Notes: generated from the letters alone by a model not told the origin. A stretch of DNA of 32,000 nucleotides from Aigarchaeota archaeon (GCA_025059745.1 JANXDH010000004.1:481204-513203), one strand, 5' to 3'. Counted from the stretch's first letter, positions 7,158 to 15,271 are shown. Numbers and translations: made by a program.

Positions 7158-7325
7158 ATGAGCATGGGGGGCACCGAATGCGAGCATCGAGACCTCGAGT
7201 ACCTCGGAGAGCAGAAGTCCGAGGAGGGCAGCAACAAGTACTACCTCTGCAAATCGTGTAAGGGTGTGATAATAATCGCCCCGAATATGAGGGGGGCCTA
7301 CTTCGTGAAGAGAGCGGGTAGCTAA
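7158..7325 (+). CDS. small (55 aa) putative zinc-ribbon protein, not in the supplied ORF track
   Basis: ATG 7158 to TAA 7323-7325: MSMGGTECEHRDLEYLGEQKSEEGSNKYYLCKSCKGVIIIAPNMRGAYFVKRAGS. It carries a CxH...CxxC ligand pattern and GC3-rich codon usage like real genes. TATA-like TTTATA at 7133-7138. Its stop overlaps the thrB stop by 4 nt (convergent genes). Confidence 0.45.
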   Translation: MSMGGTECEHRDLEYLGEQKSEEGSNKYYLCKSCKGVIIIAPNMRGAYFVKRAGS

Positions 7326-8344
7326 GACGAGGAGATCACCTCCACACCACTAGGTGATGGTGCAGTGAATATTATCTCCTCCACCGCGTGTCCCCTCGAC
7401 CTTAACCCCTCCGATACTTCCTCGATCGCCCTATCTATCGGCCTCTCCCCTCGTTGGCCCTCATTGGATGAGACCTCGTACCACAGCAGCCTCGAAGGAC
7501 CCGCACCGCTCACCGTCATCGCGACACCGTACCTCTCCAAGAGACGCTCCTTCTCCTCGTAGAGGTCCCTCCAGCTGTACCCTGCTCCGTAGACCCCTGC
7601 CTCGGCCCTGAACCTCTCCACGACAGGATCGAAAGGTGCGTTCTCGAACGCTAGTCTGAGGTCGCCCGTGATCAGTCCGACCGCGACCGACGAGGCCCGA
7701 GAGATCCCTTCAACGTAACTCTCAAGATCGATAGGCCTCCTGATGGCTGACCTAGCATCACCCGTCGAGGCCTTCTTCACGCTAGGGACTATCACCACGA
7801 AGGCGAGGTCCTTTGGGGGATCGTACCTCCTGACGTTAGGTCCCGACCTTCCGCGCTGGACTATTATGAGACCGCCCAGGGCCGACGCGGCGACGTTGTC
7901 CAGGTGTCTGTTCGGCTCTGCCACCGAGCTGTACATTATGAGCTCCTCACTCGATAGGTTTAGGTCGAACAGTGCGTCTAGACATTTCACCCCCGCGACC
8001 GCCTCAGCACCCGAGGACCCCAATCCCTTCCTAACTGGGATATCGGCTCGGACCGTGAACCTCACGGTACATTCTATCCCCCTCTCGCGCATGAGGTTTG
8101 TGCTCGCGATCCCTAGCGCGTTCTCCACCGGATCCGTACTGATTGAGTCGGCGTATCTTCCACTCGTTCTTATCTCCACACCCCGGCCTCCCCCCAGAAC
8201 TTCAGCCTCTACCGTCAAGTTCGGCTCGATTAGAGCTAGGGAGAAAGTATCGAATCCCGGCCCTAAGTTAGCGCTACTCGATGGCACTCGAACGACTGCA
8301 GAGTTACGCCTCATCTCTAGGATACCCGAGATATCGACGTACAT
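7322..8344 (-). CDS. thrB: homoserine kinase (GHMP kinase family)
   Basis: 340-aa ORF with VRVPSSSANLGPGFDTFSLAL near the N-terminus and the GHMP motif PVRKGLGSSGAEAVAG. The real start may be M11 (8314), giving MRRNSAVVRVPSS. Confidence 0.9.
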   Translation of the reverse strand: MYVDISGILEMRRNSAVVRVPSSSANLGPGFDTFSLALIEPNLTVEAEVLGGGRGVEIRTSGRYADSISTDPVENALGIASTNLMRERGIECTVRFTVRADIPVRKGLGSSGAEAVAGVKCLDALFDLNLSSEELIMYSSVAEPNRHLDNVAASALGGLIIVQRGRSGPNVRRYDPPKDLAFVVIVPSVKKASTGDARSAIRRPIDLESYVEGISRASSVAVGLITGDLRLAFENAPFDPVVERFRAEAGVYGAGYSWRDLYEEKERLLERYGVAMTVSGAGPSRLLWYEVSSNEGQRGERPIDRAIEEVSEGLRSRGHAVEEIIFTAPSPSGVEVISSS

Positions 8345-8412
8345 AAATTATCGTCCCCGCAGCCCCTCCAACAAAATTAATTAGACGAGTTCTGGTAATC
8401 ACTCCGAACCCA

Positions 8413-8844
8413 ATGGGTGAGTTCAGGTTCCTCGAGCACCCCTCCGACGTCTACGTGGAGGCGAGGGGATCAGATTTGAAAGAGGCGCTCTCAGAGGCCG
8501 GGAGAGCACTCTTCGCAGTGATAGTGAGGAACTTCAACGACGTGAGGCCGTTGAGTTCTAGGGACGTCTCTGCCTCCGGTTACGACGAGCTGTCCCTGCT
8601 CTACGACTGGTTGGAGAGGTTACTCCTGCTCTTCGAATTAGAGCAGTTCGTGGCGAGCAGAATAGACGTCGATGGCATCACCCGTTCAACCGATTCCCTG
8701 AACGTCACCGCCAGAGTCTACGGAGAGACCTTCGATAGGGCGAGGCACGTACCCGGCGTCTACGTCAAGTCACCGACTTACTGGCTGATGGAGGTGGTGG
8801 AGCGAGACAACGAGACGTATCTGAGGTACGTTCTAGACATATAG
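8413..8844 (+). CDS. archease (activator of RtcB tRNA-splicing ligase)
   Basis: 143-aa ORF. The N-terminal FRFLEHPSDVYVEARGSDLKEALSEAGRALFAVIV and the overall length are typical of archease. Confidence 0.85.
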   Translation: MGEFRFLEHPSDVYVEARGSDLKEALSEAGRALFAVIVRNFNDVRPLSSRDVSASGYDELSLLYDWLERLLLLFELEQFVASRIDVDGITRSTDSLNVTARVYGETFDRARHVPGVYVKSPTYWLMEVVERDNETYLRYVLDI

Positions 8845-8886
8845 TCGCAACAATCGTGCCTCTATCGTACGGGTAAGGGGCCATGG

Positions 8887-9711
8887 CTAATTCTTCGTAC
8901 ACCTAAAGGTGATGTGCCACCCCAGGTCGAGCTCATCAGGGACATCTACCTTGATCTTTCTCTCCCTCTCCGTGTCTATCACGTTGTACCTCACCTTTAT
9001 CCAATCGACGGCGAAGCGTCGTTCCAGTAGCCCCCTCAGGTCGTCTTTGGTGTAGAGCTTAGTGTAAGGATTGCCCTCCCTCCTCTCGGTCATGTTCATT
9101 AATTTCTTTAAGTCTTTGGACCTCAACAGTCCCCTCTTCACACCTCTGAGATACAATATGGAATAGGCGAAGAGAAGGCTGTCCATGTTGTAGACCATAC
9201 CCAAGAAGCTCCCGCCCCGCCTCAAGATACTGCTTATCTCTGATACGACCCTCTTGTCCTGGGGTATGTGGTGTAGGACCCCGAAGGAGTAGACGGCATC
9301 AAACGATGACCCGCGGAAGGGCATCTGGGTGGCGCTGCACTGTACCACATCGGCCACACCTTCCAGCCCGGTCTCCCTGTAGAGTCCGATCGTAGCGTTG
9401 ACTGAGGCGTCACTCACGTCACAACTCACGACACGCGCACCGTTCCTAGCGAACTCCACCGAGTCGATTCCAGCACCGCATCCCAAGTCCAGCACCAGCT
9501 TGTCTCTATAGTCCTCGAACCTGAAGGTCGAGTGCATGTAGTCCTGTAAACCGTATCTGAACCTCCGCTTCTCCTCGTAGGACAGTCCCTTGTCGTAGAA
9601 CGCCATCGGCGGCCCCTCGTCCCAATATCTCTTTATCTCCTTTATCCGAGATCTAACCTCTCTTTGACGAGTCCCCTTCCTCCCCCTTGTGCCCCGCCTC
9701 ACCACCCTCAT
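8887..9711 (-). CDS. class I SAM-dependent methyltransferase
   Basis: 274-aa ORF with SAM-binding motif I VLDLGCGAGIDSVEFARNGARVVSCDVS and a post-I acidic residue. The N-terminal ~30 aa are highly basic. Substrate unknown. Confidence 0.8.
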   Translation of the reverse strand: MRVVRRGTRGRKGTRQREVRSRIKEIKRYWDEGPPMAFYDKGLSYEEKRRFRYGLQDYMHSTFRFEDYRDKLVLDLGCGAGIDSVEFARNGARVVSCDVSDASVNATIGLYRETGLEGVADVVQCSATQMPFRGSSFDAVYSFGVLHHIPQDKRVVSEISSILRRGGSFLGMVYNMDSLLFAYSILYLRGVKRGLLRSKDLKKLMNMTERREGNPYTKLYTKDDLRGLLERRFAVDWIKVRYNVIDTERERKIKVDVPDELDLGWHITFRCTKN

Positions 9712-9975
9712 CTCGGCTTACTTGATCACACTGATCTAATATGTTTAATCGGCGCACAGGAGTCCACCGGTCGACGATCCTTCTCACGCGTTGCAGGAAG
9801 TCTGTGGACCGAGAGGTGAGCGTTCATTAATTGAGGGAGAGCCTCGCTGATAGTCGCCGCCCTTCATGACTTGGGTGAAGCTGATGTCCGATCCAGACGC
9901 CATCAAAGACCTAGAAAGGAATTTTAATGTACTGTTACAAGGGCACAAGAATTCTATTCAAAGCTGACCGAGAGA

Positions 9976-10158
9976 TTGACTCAGGTGTACGGCGAATCGA
10001 TAAGTAAAGACATAATGTTGCTTCATAGCAGATCGTTGACGACCACGCTAACGGGGAGCGTCACCTCGACCGTAACGACTGAGAGAACCGTGACGGTCGT
10101 CACTGAGAGGACTGTTACGGTGACTACAAAGCAGTACGCACCGGGTTACCCGTATTGA
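9976..10158 (+). CDS. questionable Thr/Val-rich small ORF with tandem TERTVTV repeat
   Basis: 60-aa ORF (TTG start; internal ATG at 10015). Low-complexity TTTLTGSVTSTVTTERTVTVVTERTVTVTT. Thr (ACN) and Val (GTN) codons are mutually complementary, so this DNA is strongly self-complementary and may not be coding at all. Confidence 0.2.
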   Translation: MTQVYGESISKDIMLLHSRSLTTTLTGSVTSTVTTERTVTVVTERTVTVTTKQYAPGYPY

Positions 10159-10258
10159 GTGACGACGATGCAACTTGAACCGCTGCCATTAATGAGCGGC
10201 GCCCCAGTCTACGGCAACCTCTATTAACTGAGGAGGCGATATTATCTGCGAGATCCCT

Positions 10259-10370
10259 GCCGGGGTCCCATAGCCAGGTATTGGGGCGGCCTCGAGATCG
10301 TATGCCTCTGGCCGACCAAGTCAGCCGCTGCCCCCCTCGGGGCGCGAGGGTTCAAATCCCTCCCCCGGCG
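10259..10370 (+). tRNA. tRNA-Ser (anticodon CGA), type II with long variable arm, 26-nt intron at 37/38 (10297-10322)
   Basis: Acceptor GCCGGGG/CCCCGGC, anticodon stem GCGGC/GCCGC with 33 nt between the strands (CTCGAG + 26 nt + A). Variable arm GCCCC-CCTC-GGGGC, T arm GAGGG-TTCAAAT-CCCTC, discriminator G as expected for Ser. The BHB is relaxed, with one C-A mismatch in the central helix. Confidence 0.85.
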
Positions 10371-10413
10371 ATCGAGATATAATCCACGATAAGATCTGAC
10401 GAGACTCATTGGA

Positions 10414-10488
10414 TGGGCCCGGTGGGACTCGAACCCACGACCTACCGGTTATGAGCCGGCCGCTCTGACCTGGCTGAGCTACGGGCCC
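10414..10488 (-). tRNA. tRNA with CAU anticodon (elongator tRNA-Met or tRNA-Ile2), no intron
   Basis: Reverse complement: GGGCCCGTAGCTCAGCCAGGTCAGAGCGGCCGGCTCATAACCGGTAGGTCGTGGGTTCGAGTCCCACCGGGCCC plus discriminator A. It is not an initiator (no A1-U72). Met versus Ile2 cannot be decided by eye. TATA-like ATATTTTAATAAAG lies upstream on the minus strand. Confidence 0.9.
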
Positions 10489-10762
10489 GAGATGAAACTA
10501 TTGAGCCTTTATTAAAATATGTGGTAGTACATCCAAAACTTAAGATAAGGGAAGAGTTAGGCTCTCGTGCCATACGATTGACGGCATATAGGAGAGCCAG
10601 AAAGCCCTAGCGCTACTCAAGTCGATAATAAGGAGAGAACGGGACTATTTCAAGAGCGTCAGGGACGAGGTAGTGAGGAAGAAGAGCGGTCGGCATGGTA
10701 CAGGAGCGCCGGGAGGTAGGATCTAATTACGTCTACGAGCACCTCGGGGTGGACGTCCCCTC

Positions 10763-11446
10763 TCACACTATGAGCCTGAAGACCTCGTTGTGGATGTAAT
10801 CGAGGAACTCAGACTCCTCGAGCCTAGTAAACGCAGTCACTACAGCATTCCTGGTCAACCCGAAGATCCGTCCACCATCCCTGGTCGTGTAGACGATGTA
10901 CCAGATCCTCCCGTTATCGACGTACTCCCTGTATAGCGGGACGTCCATGAGCGAGGGGCCAGCGAGGGCCAACTTTTCTACGCCTGGTATCCTGAGCTGA
11001 TCGAACCATATCAGCTTGGTGGCCTCCGGGTTCGCCTCGTGGAGCTTCTGTATGTTCTCGGAGGGTATGTTAGCCTCTACGATGCTCCTGTAATCGAGGA
11101 AGAGCTGGTGGCTGAGCAACGACGCGACGGCGTTGGCGAAGTGTTTCTCCTGTAGGACTATTAGAAGTATCTTATCACCTCTGTCCCTGAACTCTATATA
11201 CGCGTCGATGGTCCTGACTACTGGCACCCTCTTCCCCCGTTGTCTTACCCACATGAGCTTGTCCTTGCTGAGGACGCCGGAGATGCTCGACTTATCGGAC
11301 TTCAGGTTCGAGACGTCAGTAACTAGTTCGATCTCTGACTCTCCCTCCTTCACCCTTTCAACGAGCTTGAGGTCCTTGAGCTTCGCGGCGATCTGGCCGA
11401 GATTGGACTCGGACCTGACATCGAAGACCTTTGCGGTAAGCACCAT
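10763..11446 (-). CDS. hypothetical protein (227 aa), no family recognised
   Basis: Long ORF with a balanced, protein-like composition and no predicted transmembrane segments. Two apparent halves: an N-terminal half with ...RTIDAYIEFRDRGDKILLIVLQEKHF... and a C-terminal beta-rich RIWYIVYTTRDGGRIFGLTRNAVVTAFTR. Confidence 0.7.
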   Translation of the reverse strand: MVLTAKVFDVRSESNLGQIAAKLKDLKLVERVKEGESEIELVTDVSNLKSDKSSISGVLSKDKLMWVRQRGKRVPVVRTIDAYIEFRDRGDKILLIVLQEKHFANAVASLLSHQLFLDYRSIVEANIPSENIQKLHEANPEATKLIWFDQLRIPGVEKLALAGPSLMDVPLYREYVDNGRIWYIVYTTRDGGRIFGLTRNAVVTAFTRLEESEFLDYIHNEVFRLIV

Positions 11447-11525
11447 GCTATCAGTCCCTTCTAATCACCGCTACTGACTGCTCTGATATAAACAGAATCG
11501 CGCTACAAAGCTTTATTGACAGGAA

Positions 11526-12374
11526 TCAGGCGTTAACCAGTGGCACGGCTATGAGGGTCATGAAGGCCCCAATTGACTGGAGTCTCTTAGCCTTCTCGCG
11601 CAAGATCAGTCTACTCAACAATATCGTCGGTAACGGGTAGTATGAGGTCAGTACGGCCGCGACTTGAATCCCCGCTAAATTATTTGAGTACACGAACAGA
11701 ACGGTACCTCCAAGATCTAGAAGTCCAAGTAGCATCAGTCCTGGGAGATGGGGTAGGAGACCCGGCCTTAACCCTGAGAGATCAAATTTGATGAGACCGA
11801 ACAGAGTGACTAGCAGAGTGAGCCTGGTTAGGGTTAGCGGCCAGAAGACCTCTCCCTTCTCGAGGAGACTGAAGAGGACGTAGAAGAGGCCGAAGCCCGC
11901 ACCCGAGTAGGAGGTCAGTTTGATCGAGTCGAGCGAGATTTTCGTGTTTCGATTATATGAGGCTAGACTGATGCCGGCGAGCGCGACACACATGCCGACG
12001 CTCTTGATGAGGGAGGGAGGGCCGAAGACGAGAGAGCCGAAGAGGACCGCTAACACCGCGGAGAGTATGCCTGCGGAGGGAGAGATCAACCCCATGTTGT
12101 AGTTGGCGAGCGCGCGATAGTAAGCCAAATTCGCCAACGCTAGGGGGAGACCAGCCAAGAGACCGTAGATCGCAGACCTCTGACTCGGTAACGGCTCGCT
12201 GAGAGAGATCGCGAAGATCATCGACGTCGTTAATGCGACGCCCTGGGAGACCAGCACTACGTGAGTTATACTCATCCTCTTCGACAAGACCCCCCCTAGG
12301 AAGTCCCCTGAGCCCCAGGAGAGGGCTGCGAGGAGACCTACGATGGAGCCGAGAACTTCACCTCCCAGTTGCAT
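11526..12374 (-). CDS. EamA/DMT-superfamily transporter
   Basis: 282-aa ORF with about 10 hydrophobic helices arranged as two similar halves, and a WGSGDFLGG motif in the first helix region typical of EamA domains. Confidence 0.8.
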   Translation of the reverse strand: MQLGGEVLGSIVGLLAALSWGSGDFLGGVLSKRMSITHVVLVSQGVALTTSMIFAISLSEPLPSQRSAIYGLLAGLPLALANLAYYRALANYNMGLISPSAGILSAVLAVLFGSLVFGPPSLIKSVGMCVALAGISLASYNRNTKISLDSIKLTSYSGAGFGLFYVLFSLLEKGEVFWPLTLTRLTLLVTLFGLIKFDLSGLRPGLLPHLPGLMLLGLLDLGGTVLFVYSNNLAGIQVAAVLTSYYPLPTILLSRLILREKAKRLQSIGAFMTLIAVPLVNA

Positions 12375-12499
12375 CTGATTTTCTCATCAACGTTCCACCT
12401 ATTTATCATGAATCGTCGGTTAGATGATAGGCAACTCTTCCTGATGACGACCGAACCCCCCATTCTATACGCGATTCCTTCAGATCTTTGAGAGTCAGA

Positions 12500-12505
12500 T
12501 TTAAA
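12500..12505 (+). promoter_or_regulatory. TATA box of the 5S rRNA gene
   Basis: TTTAAA at 12500-12505, about 26-31 nt upstream of the first paired nucleotide of 5S helix I. Confidence 0.6.
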
Positions 12506-12530
12506 GCTCAGCAATTCGTAGAATAACACC

Positions 12531-12659
12531 GGTGGGTTACCGGTCATAGGGCGTGGGGAAACGCCCGGTCTCATACCGAACCCGGAAGCTAAGCCCCGCC
12601 CGCCCGGCGAGTAGTGGGGTGGGGAACCACCCGCGAAAACCGGGTGCTGGTGACCCATC
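12531..12659 (+). rRNA. 5S ribosomal RNA (stand-alone gene)
   Basis: Matches archaeal 5S hallmarks: CCGGTCATAG...GGGAAACGCCCGGTCTCATACCGAACCCGGAAGCTAAGCCCC...GTAGTGGGG. The terminal helix I pairs GGTGGGTTACCGG with CTGGTGACCCATC. Ends are uncertain by about 3 nt. Confidence 0.93.
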
Positions 12660-12784
12660 ACGTCTCCTTGGCTCAGATAACTTCGGTGTCCTCACAACTC
12701 AGTACTCGGCAAAGTCTTCATCGCCATTCTAGGATAGCCCGGAGTGATATTTACATTTAACTATCTTCCCTTGTTTAAGATAAG

Positions 12785-13822
12785 ATGGGACCACGGTCGA
12801 TGAAGGCGGTGGTACTGAGACAGTCGGGAGGTATGGAGGTTATCGAGATGGAGAGGCCGCGCGCAGGACCGGGGGAGCTGATTGTGCGGATGGAGGCGTG
12901 CGGTCTCTGCGGCACGGACGTGGAGAAGATAGAGGGGGGATACAAGGCCTCGAAGCCGGTGATCGGGCACGAGGTGGCTGGAGTCGTGGTGGAGGTGGGA
13001 GAGGGGGTTGAGTCGTTCAGAGTGGGAGATCCGGTCATCCCACACCATCACGTCCCCTGCTATTCGTGCTACTACTGTCTCAACGGAAGTCCTACCATGT
13101 GCCCATATTACAGAGAGTACAACCTGGATCCGGGAGGGTTTGCGGAGTACTTCAGGGTTCCGAGTTGGATAGTCTCGCACGATGGGGTCCTGAGGGTACC
13201 GGACAGGGTCACATTCGAGGAGGCGTCCATGACAGAACCCGTGGCGTGCTGCGTGAGGGCAATAGAGCGATCCAACTTCAGAGAGGGGGAGAGGGTCGTA
13301 GTGATCGGATGCGGGCCGATAGGTCTGACGTTCGTGGAGTTGCTGAGGCGAGGTGGGGCATCGGTAGTGATTGCAACTGACCGCAGCGAGTTCAGGCTCG
13401 ACGCTGCCGCAAAACGTGGGGCGATACCGGTGAACTCTAGCAGGGCGGACCTGAGGAGCGAGGTAATGAGGTACACGGAGGGCAGGGGGGCTGACCTCTC
13501 GATAGTAGCAGCGGGGAACACGAAGGCGCTCGAGGACGCAATTACCGCGGTCAGAAGGGGCGGGAGGGTCTGCCTCTTCGGCGTTCTACCAGCGGGATCT
13601 ACCTTGGACTACGATATGAGCAACCTGATAACCAGAGAGGTCTCAATCATCTCCAGTAACGCGGCCACCGAGGTCGAGATGAAAAAGGCGTTGGAATTCA
13701 TCTCTCGCGGAGTCGTAGACGCTGACGGACTCATAACTCACAGGTACTCACTCTCTCAATTTGGAGAGGCGCTGCTAACCTTTAAGTCCCTGAGCTCGCT
13801 CAAGGTGATGATCAGACCCTAG
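12785..13822 (+). CDS. zinc-dependent medium-chain dehydrogenase/reductase (threonine/sorbitol/alcohol dehydrogenase-like)
   Basis: 345-aa ORF with catalytic-zinc motifs CGLCGTDVEKIEGGY and GHEVAGVVVEVGEGV, a structural-zinc Cys cluster CYSCYYCLNGSPTMC and Rossmann motif VIGCGPIGL. The start could be M6 (12800). Confidence 0.85.
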   Translation: MGPRSMKAVVLRQSGGMEVIEMERPRAGPGELIVRMEACGLCGTDVEKIEGGYKASKPVIGHEVAGVVVEVGEGVESFRVGDPVIPHHHVPCYSCYYCLNGSPTMCPYYREYNLDPGGFAEYFRVPSWIVSHDGVLRVPDRVTFEEASMTEPVACCVRAIERSNFREGERVVVIGCGPIGLTFVELLRRGGASVVIATDRSEFRLDAAAKRGAIPVNSSRADLRSEVMRYTEGRGADLSIVAAGNTKALEDAITAVRRGGRVCLFGVLPAGSTLDYDMSNLITREVSIISSNAATEVEMKKALEFISRGVVDADGLITHRYSLSQFGEALLTFKSLSSLKVMIRP

Positions 13823-14082
13823 TAGGCTCTCTTCCACTCCTTTATGGTGTACCTCCTGAGCTTGTACTTGATGTATGGGTCCTGAGAGATCAATGCCTCT
13901 GCCTCCTCCTTCGAGGCCACCGAGAGTACTATCAAACCGCCGCTACCGTCAACGAACGGTCCAGCCATGAGGATCTTACCTTCTTTAGCCAGTTTATCTA
14001 TGTACTTGTAGTGGTCATCTCTGTACTTCGCAGTCTCCTCAGGACTCGCCACGGCCTCCGTGATCACCGCAAAATACGACAT
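13819..14082 (-). CDS. YciI-like protein
   Basis: MSYFAVITEAVASPEETAKYRDDHYKYIDKLAKEGKILMAGPFVDGSGGLIVLSVASKEEAEALISQDPY is typical of the YciI family. I use the internal ATG (M28 of the 114-aa track ORF) because the longer form would overlap the upstream aminotransferase gene. Confidence 0.75.
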   Translation of the reverse strand: MSYFAVITEAVASPEETAKYRDDHYKYIDKLAKEGKILMAGPFVDGSGGLIVLSVASKEEAEALISQDPYIKYKLRRYTIKEWKRAY

Positions 14083-14116
14083 ATCGGTGATCTTCACATT
14101 AGAGCGATATATATGT

Positions 14117-15271
14117 CTAGCGGTTCCAGTTCTCCACGAACTCCTTGATCGCTGTACCCGCATGTATCAGCTTCTCGTGATCGACAGCGAACGTCAGCCT
14201 GAAGTGTCGCTCACCGCCAGGACCGAACTTATCGCCGGGGATAGTGACTACGCGCCTCTCGTTAAGCAAGCGTTCACAGAACTCCTCTGCTCCAACGTCG
14301 ATTGTTATCCGAGGGAAGACGTAGAAGCCCCCATCGGGTACCGTGACCTCGAGACCCGCCTCCCTCAACAGCCTGCACACCAAGTCCCTACCCTCTCTAC
14401 AGAACGTCCTGAAACGCTGAGTCCATATCTCCGAGTCCTGCGAGAGGATCGCGTGGAGGGCGGTATACTGGGAGACGCTGGGCGTGCATGCGTTCACATA
14501 CGTTTGGAGTTTGGTCGCATCTTCTATCAGCCCTCTATCCCCTATTACGTACCCGACCCTCCAGCCGGTCATGGCGAACGTCTTGGAGAAGCTGTTGACG
14601 ATCACGATCCTCTCGTAGTCATTCAGGTACTTTGCGAGGCTCACAAATTGACCTGAGTAGACGTAATTCTCGTAGACCTCATCACTCACTACGTACGCAC
14701 CCACCTTAGAGGCTTCATCGATTATCCGTCTCATGACGTCCTCATCGTAGACCGCACCCGTCGGGTTGCAAGGTGAATTGATCACGATAATCTTGGTCTT
14801 CTCGTTAATGGCATCGGCCACATCGTCTGGTGAGGGTTTGAACGACCTCTCACGCATGGTGGGGATAGCTACGGGCTTGCAGCCCACTAACTTGGCCAGC
14901 TGTATGTAAGTCGGAAACCCCGGTGTAAATACACACACCTCATCGCCAACGTCCAATAGAGTATAGAAGATCAAGAACAGTCCGTTGGTCGCTCCGGGGG
15001 CCACTAATACGTTCTCGAAGTTCACGTATGATCCCCACAACCTGTTATACCTCTCTGATATTGTGACTCTCAGCGCCTTTATCCCAGCGGTCGGTGTGTA
15101 CTTGGTATACCCCTCCTTCAGTCCCATGAAGGCGGCCACCTTCAACTCATCCGGAGTGTCGAAAGAGGGAGTGCCTATGCCTAGGTGAATCAGCTCCCTG
15201 TTCTCCTCTAACCTGTCAAAGTACTTCGCCACCCAGTCTACCTCCAGCTCCTCTATCCAACGCCTAGGCAC
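14117..15271 (-). CDS. PLP-dependent aminotransferase, class I (aspartate aminotransferase-like)
   Basis: 384-aa ORF with the PLP-lysine motif NSFSKTFAMTGWRVGY and the upstream NSPCNPTG motif. Confidence 0.88.
   Translation of the reverse strand: MPRRWIEELEVDWVAKYFDRLEENRELIHLGIGTPSFDTPDELKVAAFMGLKEGYTKYTPTAGIKALRVTISERYNRLWGSYVNFENVLVAPGATNGLFLIFYTLLDVGDEVCVFTPGFPTYIQLAKLVGCKPVAIPTMRERSFKPSPDDVADAINEKTKIIVINSPCNPTGAVYDEDVMRRIIDEASKVGAYVVSDEVYENYVYSGQFVSLAKYLNDYERIVIVNSFSKTFAMTGWRVGYVIGDRGLIEDATKLQTYVNACTPSVSQYTALHAILSQDSEIWTQRFRTFCREGRDLVCRLLREAGLEVTVPDGGFYVFPRITIDVGAEEFCERLLNERRVVTIPGDKFGPGGERHFRLTFAVDHEKLIHAGTAIKEFVENWNR

Noticed and set aside
7743-8384. Long antisense ORFs inside recognised genes: 7743-8384, 23420-24097, 29124-29663, 20844-21353, 14060-14656, 12761-13180, 13108-13521, 17590-18021, 19780-20220, 25544-25906, 970-1305 and others
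   Set aside because: Each lies opposite a gene with clear family motifs and shows antisense-type composition (Ser/Leu/Pro/Arg/Thr rich). GC-rich genomes commonly produce such shadow ORFs.
6582-10443. The identical 30-nt 3' segments of tRNA-Asn and the CAU tRNA as attachment-site duplications of an integrated element
   Set aside because: The two copies are in inverted rather than direct orientation, and both belong to complete functional-looking tRNAs. The intervening genes (thrB, archease, methyltransferase) are housekeeping, and no integrase is present.
12442-12500. Possible C/D box sRNA (UGAUGA at 12442-12447, CAGA-type elements near 12482 and 12497). A second candidate is at 13805-13885 (GUGAUGA ... 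CUGA ... UGAUGU ... CUGA).
   Set aside because: Box spacing does not fit the C / 12-nt guide / D' / C' / guide / D architecture: 44 nt and 7 nt in the second case, and no true CUGA D box in the first. These are probably chance matches.
12338-12661. 107-aa minus-strand ORF
   Set aside because: It lies entirely antisense to the 5S rRNA gene and its promoter. The Gly/Pro/Ser-rich translation is typical of a GC-rich structural RNA read as protein.
14083-14163. 27-aa N-terminal extension of the YciI-like ORF
   Set aside because: It would overlap the 3' end of the aminotransferase gene by 47 nt. YciI-family proteins begin close to the MSYFAV motif at the internal ATG.
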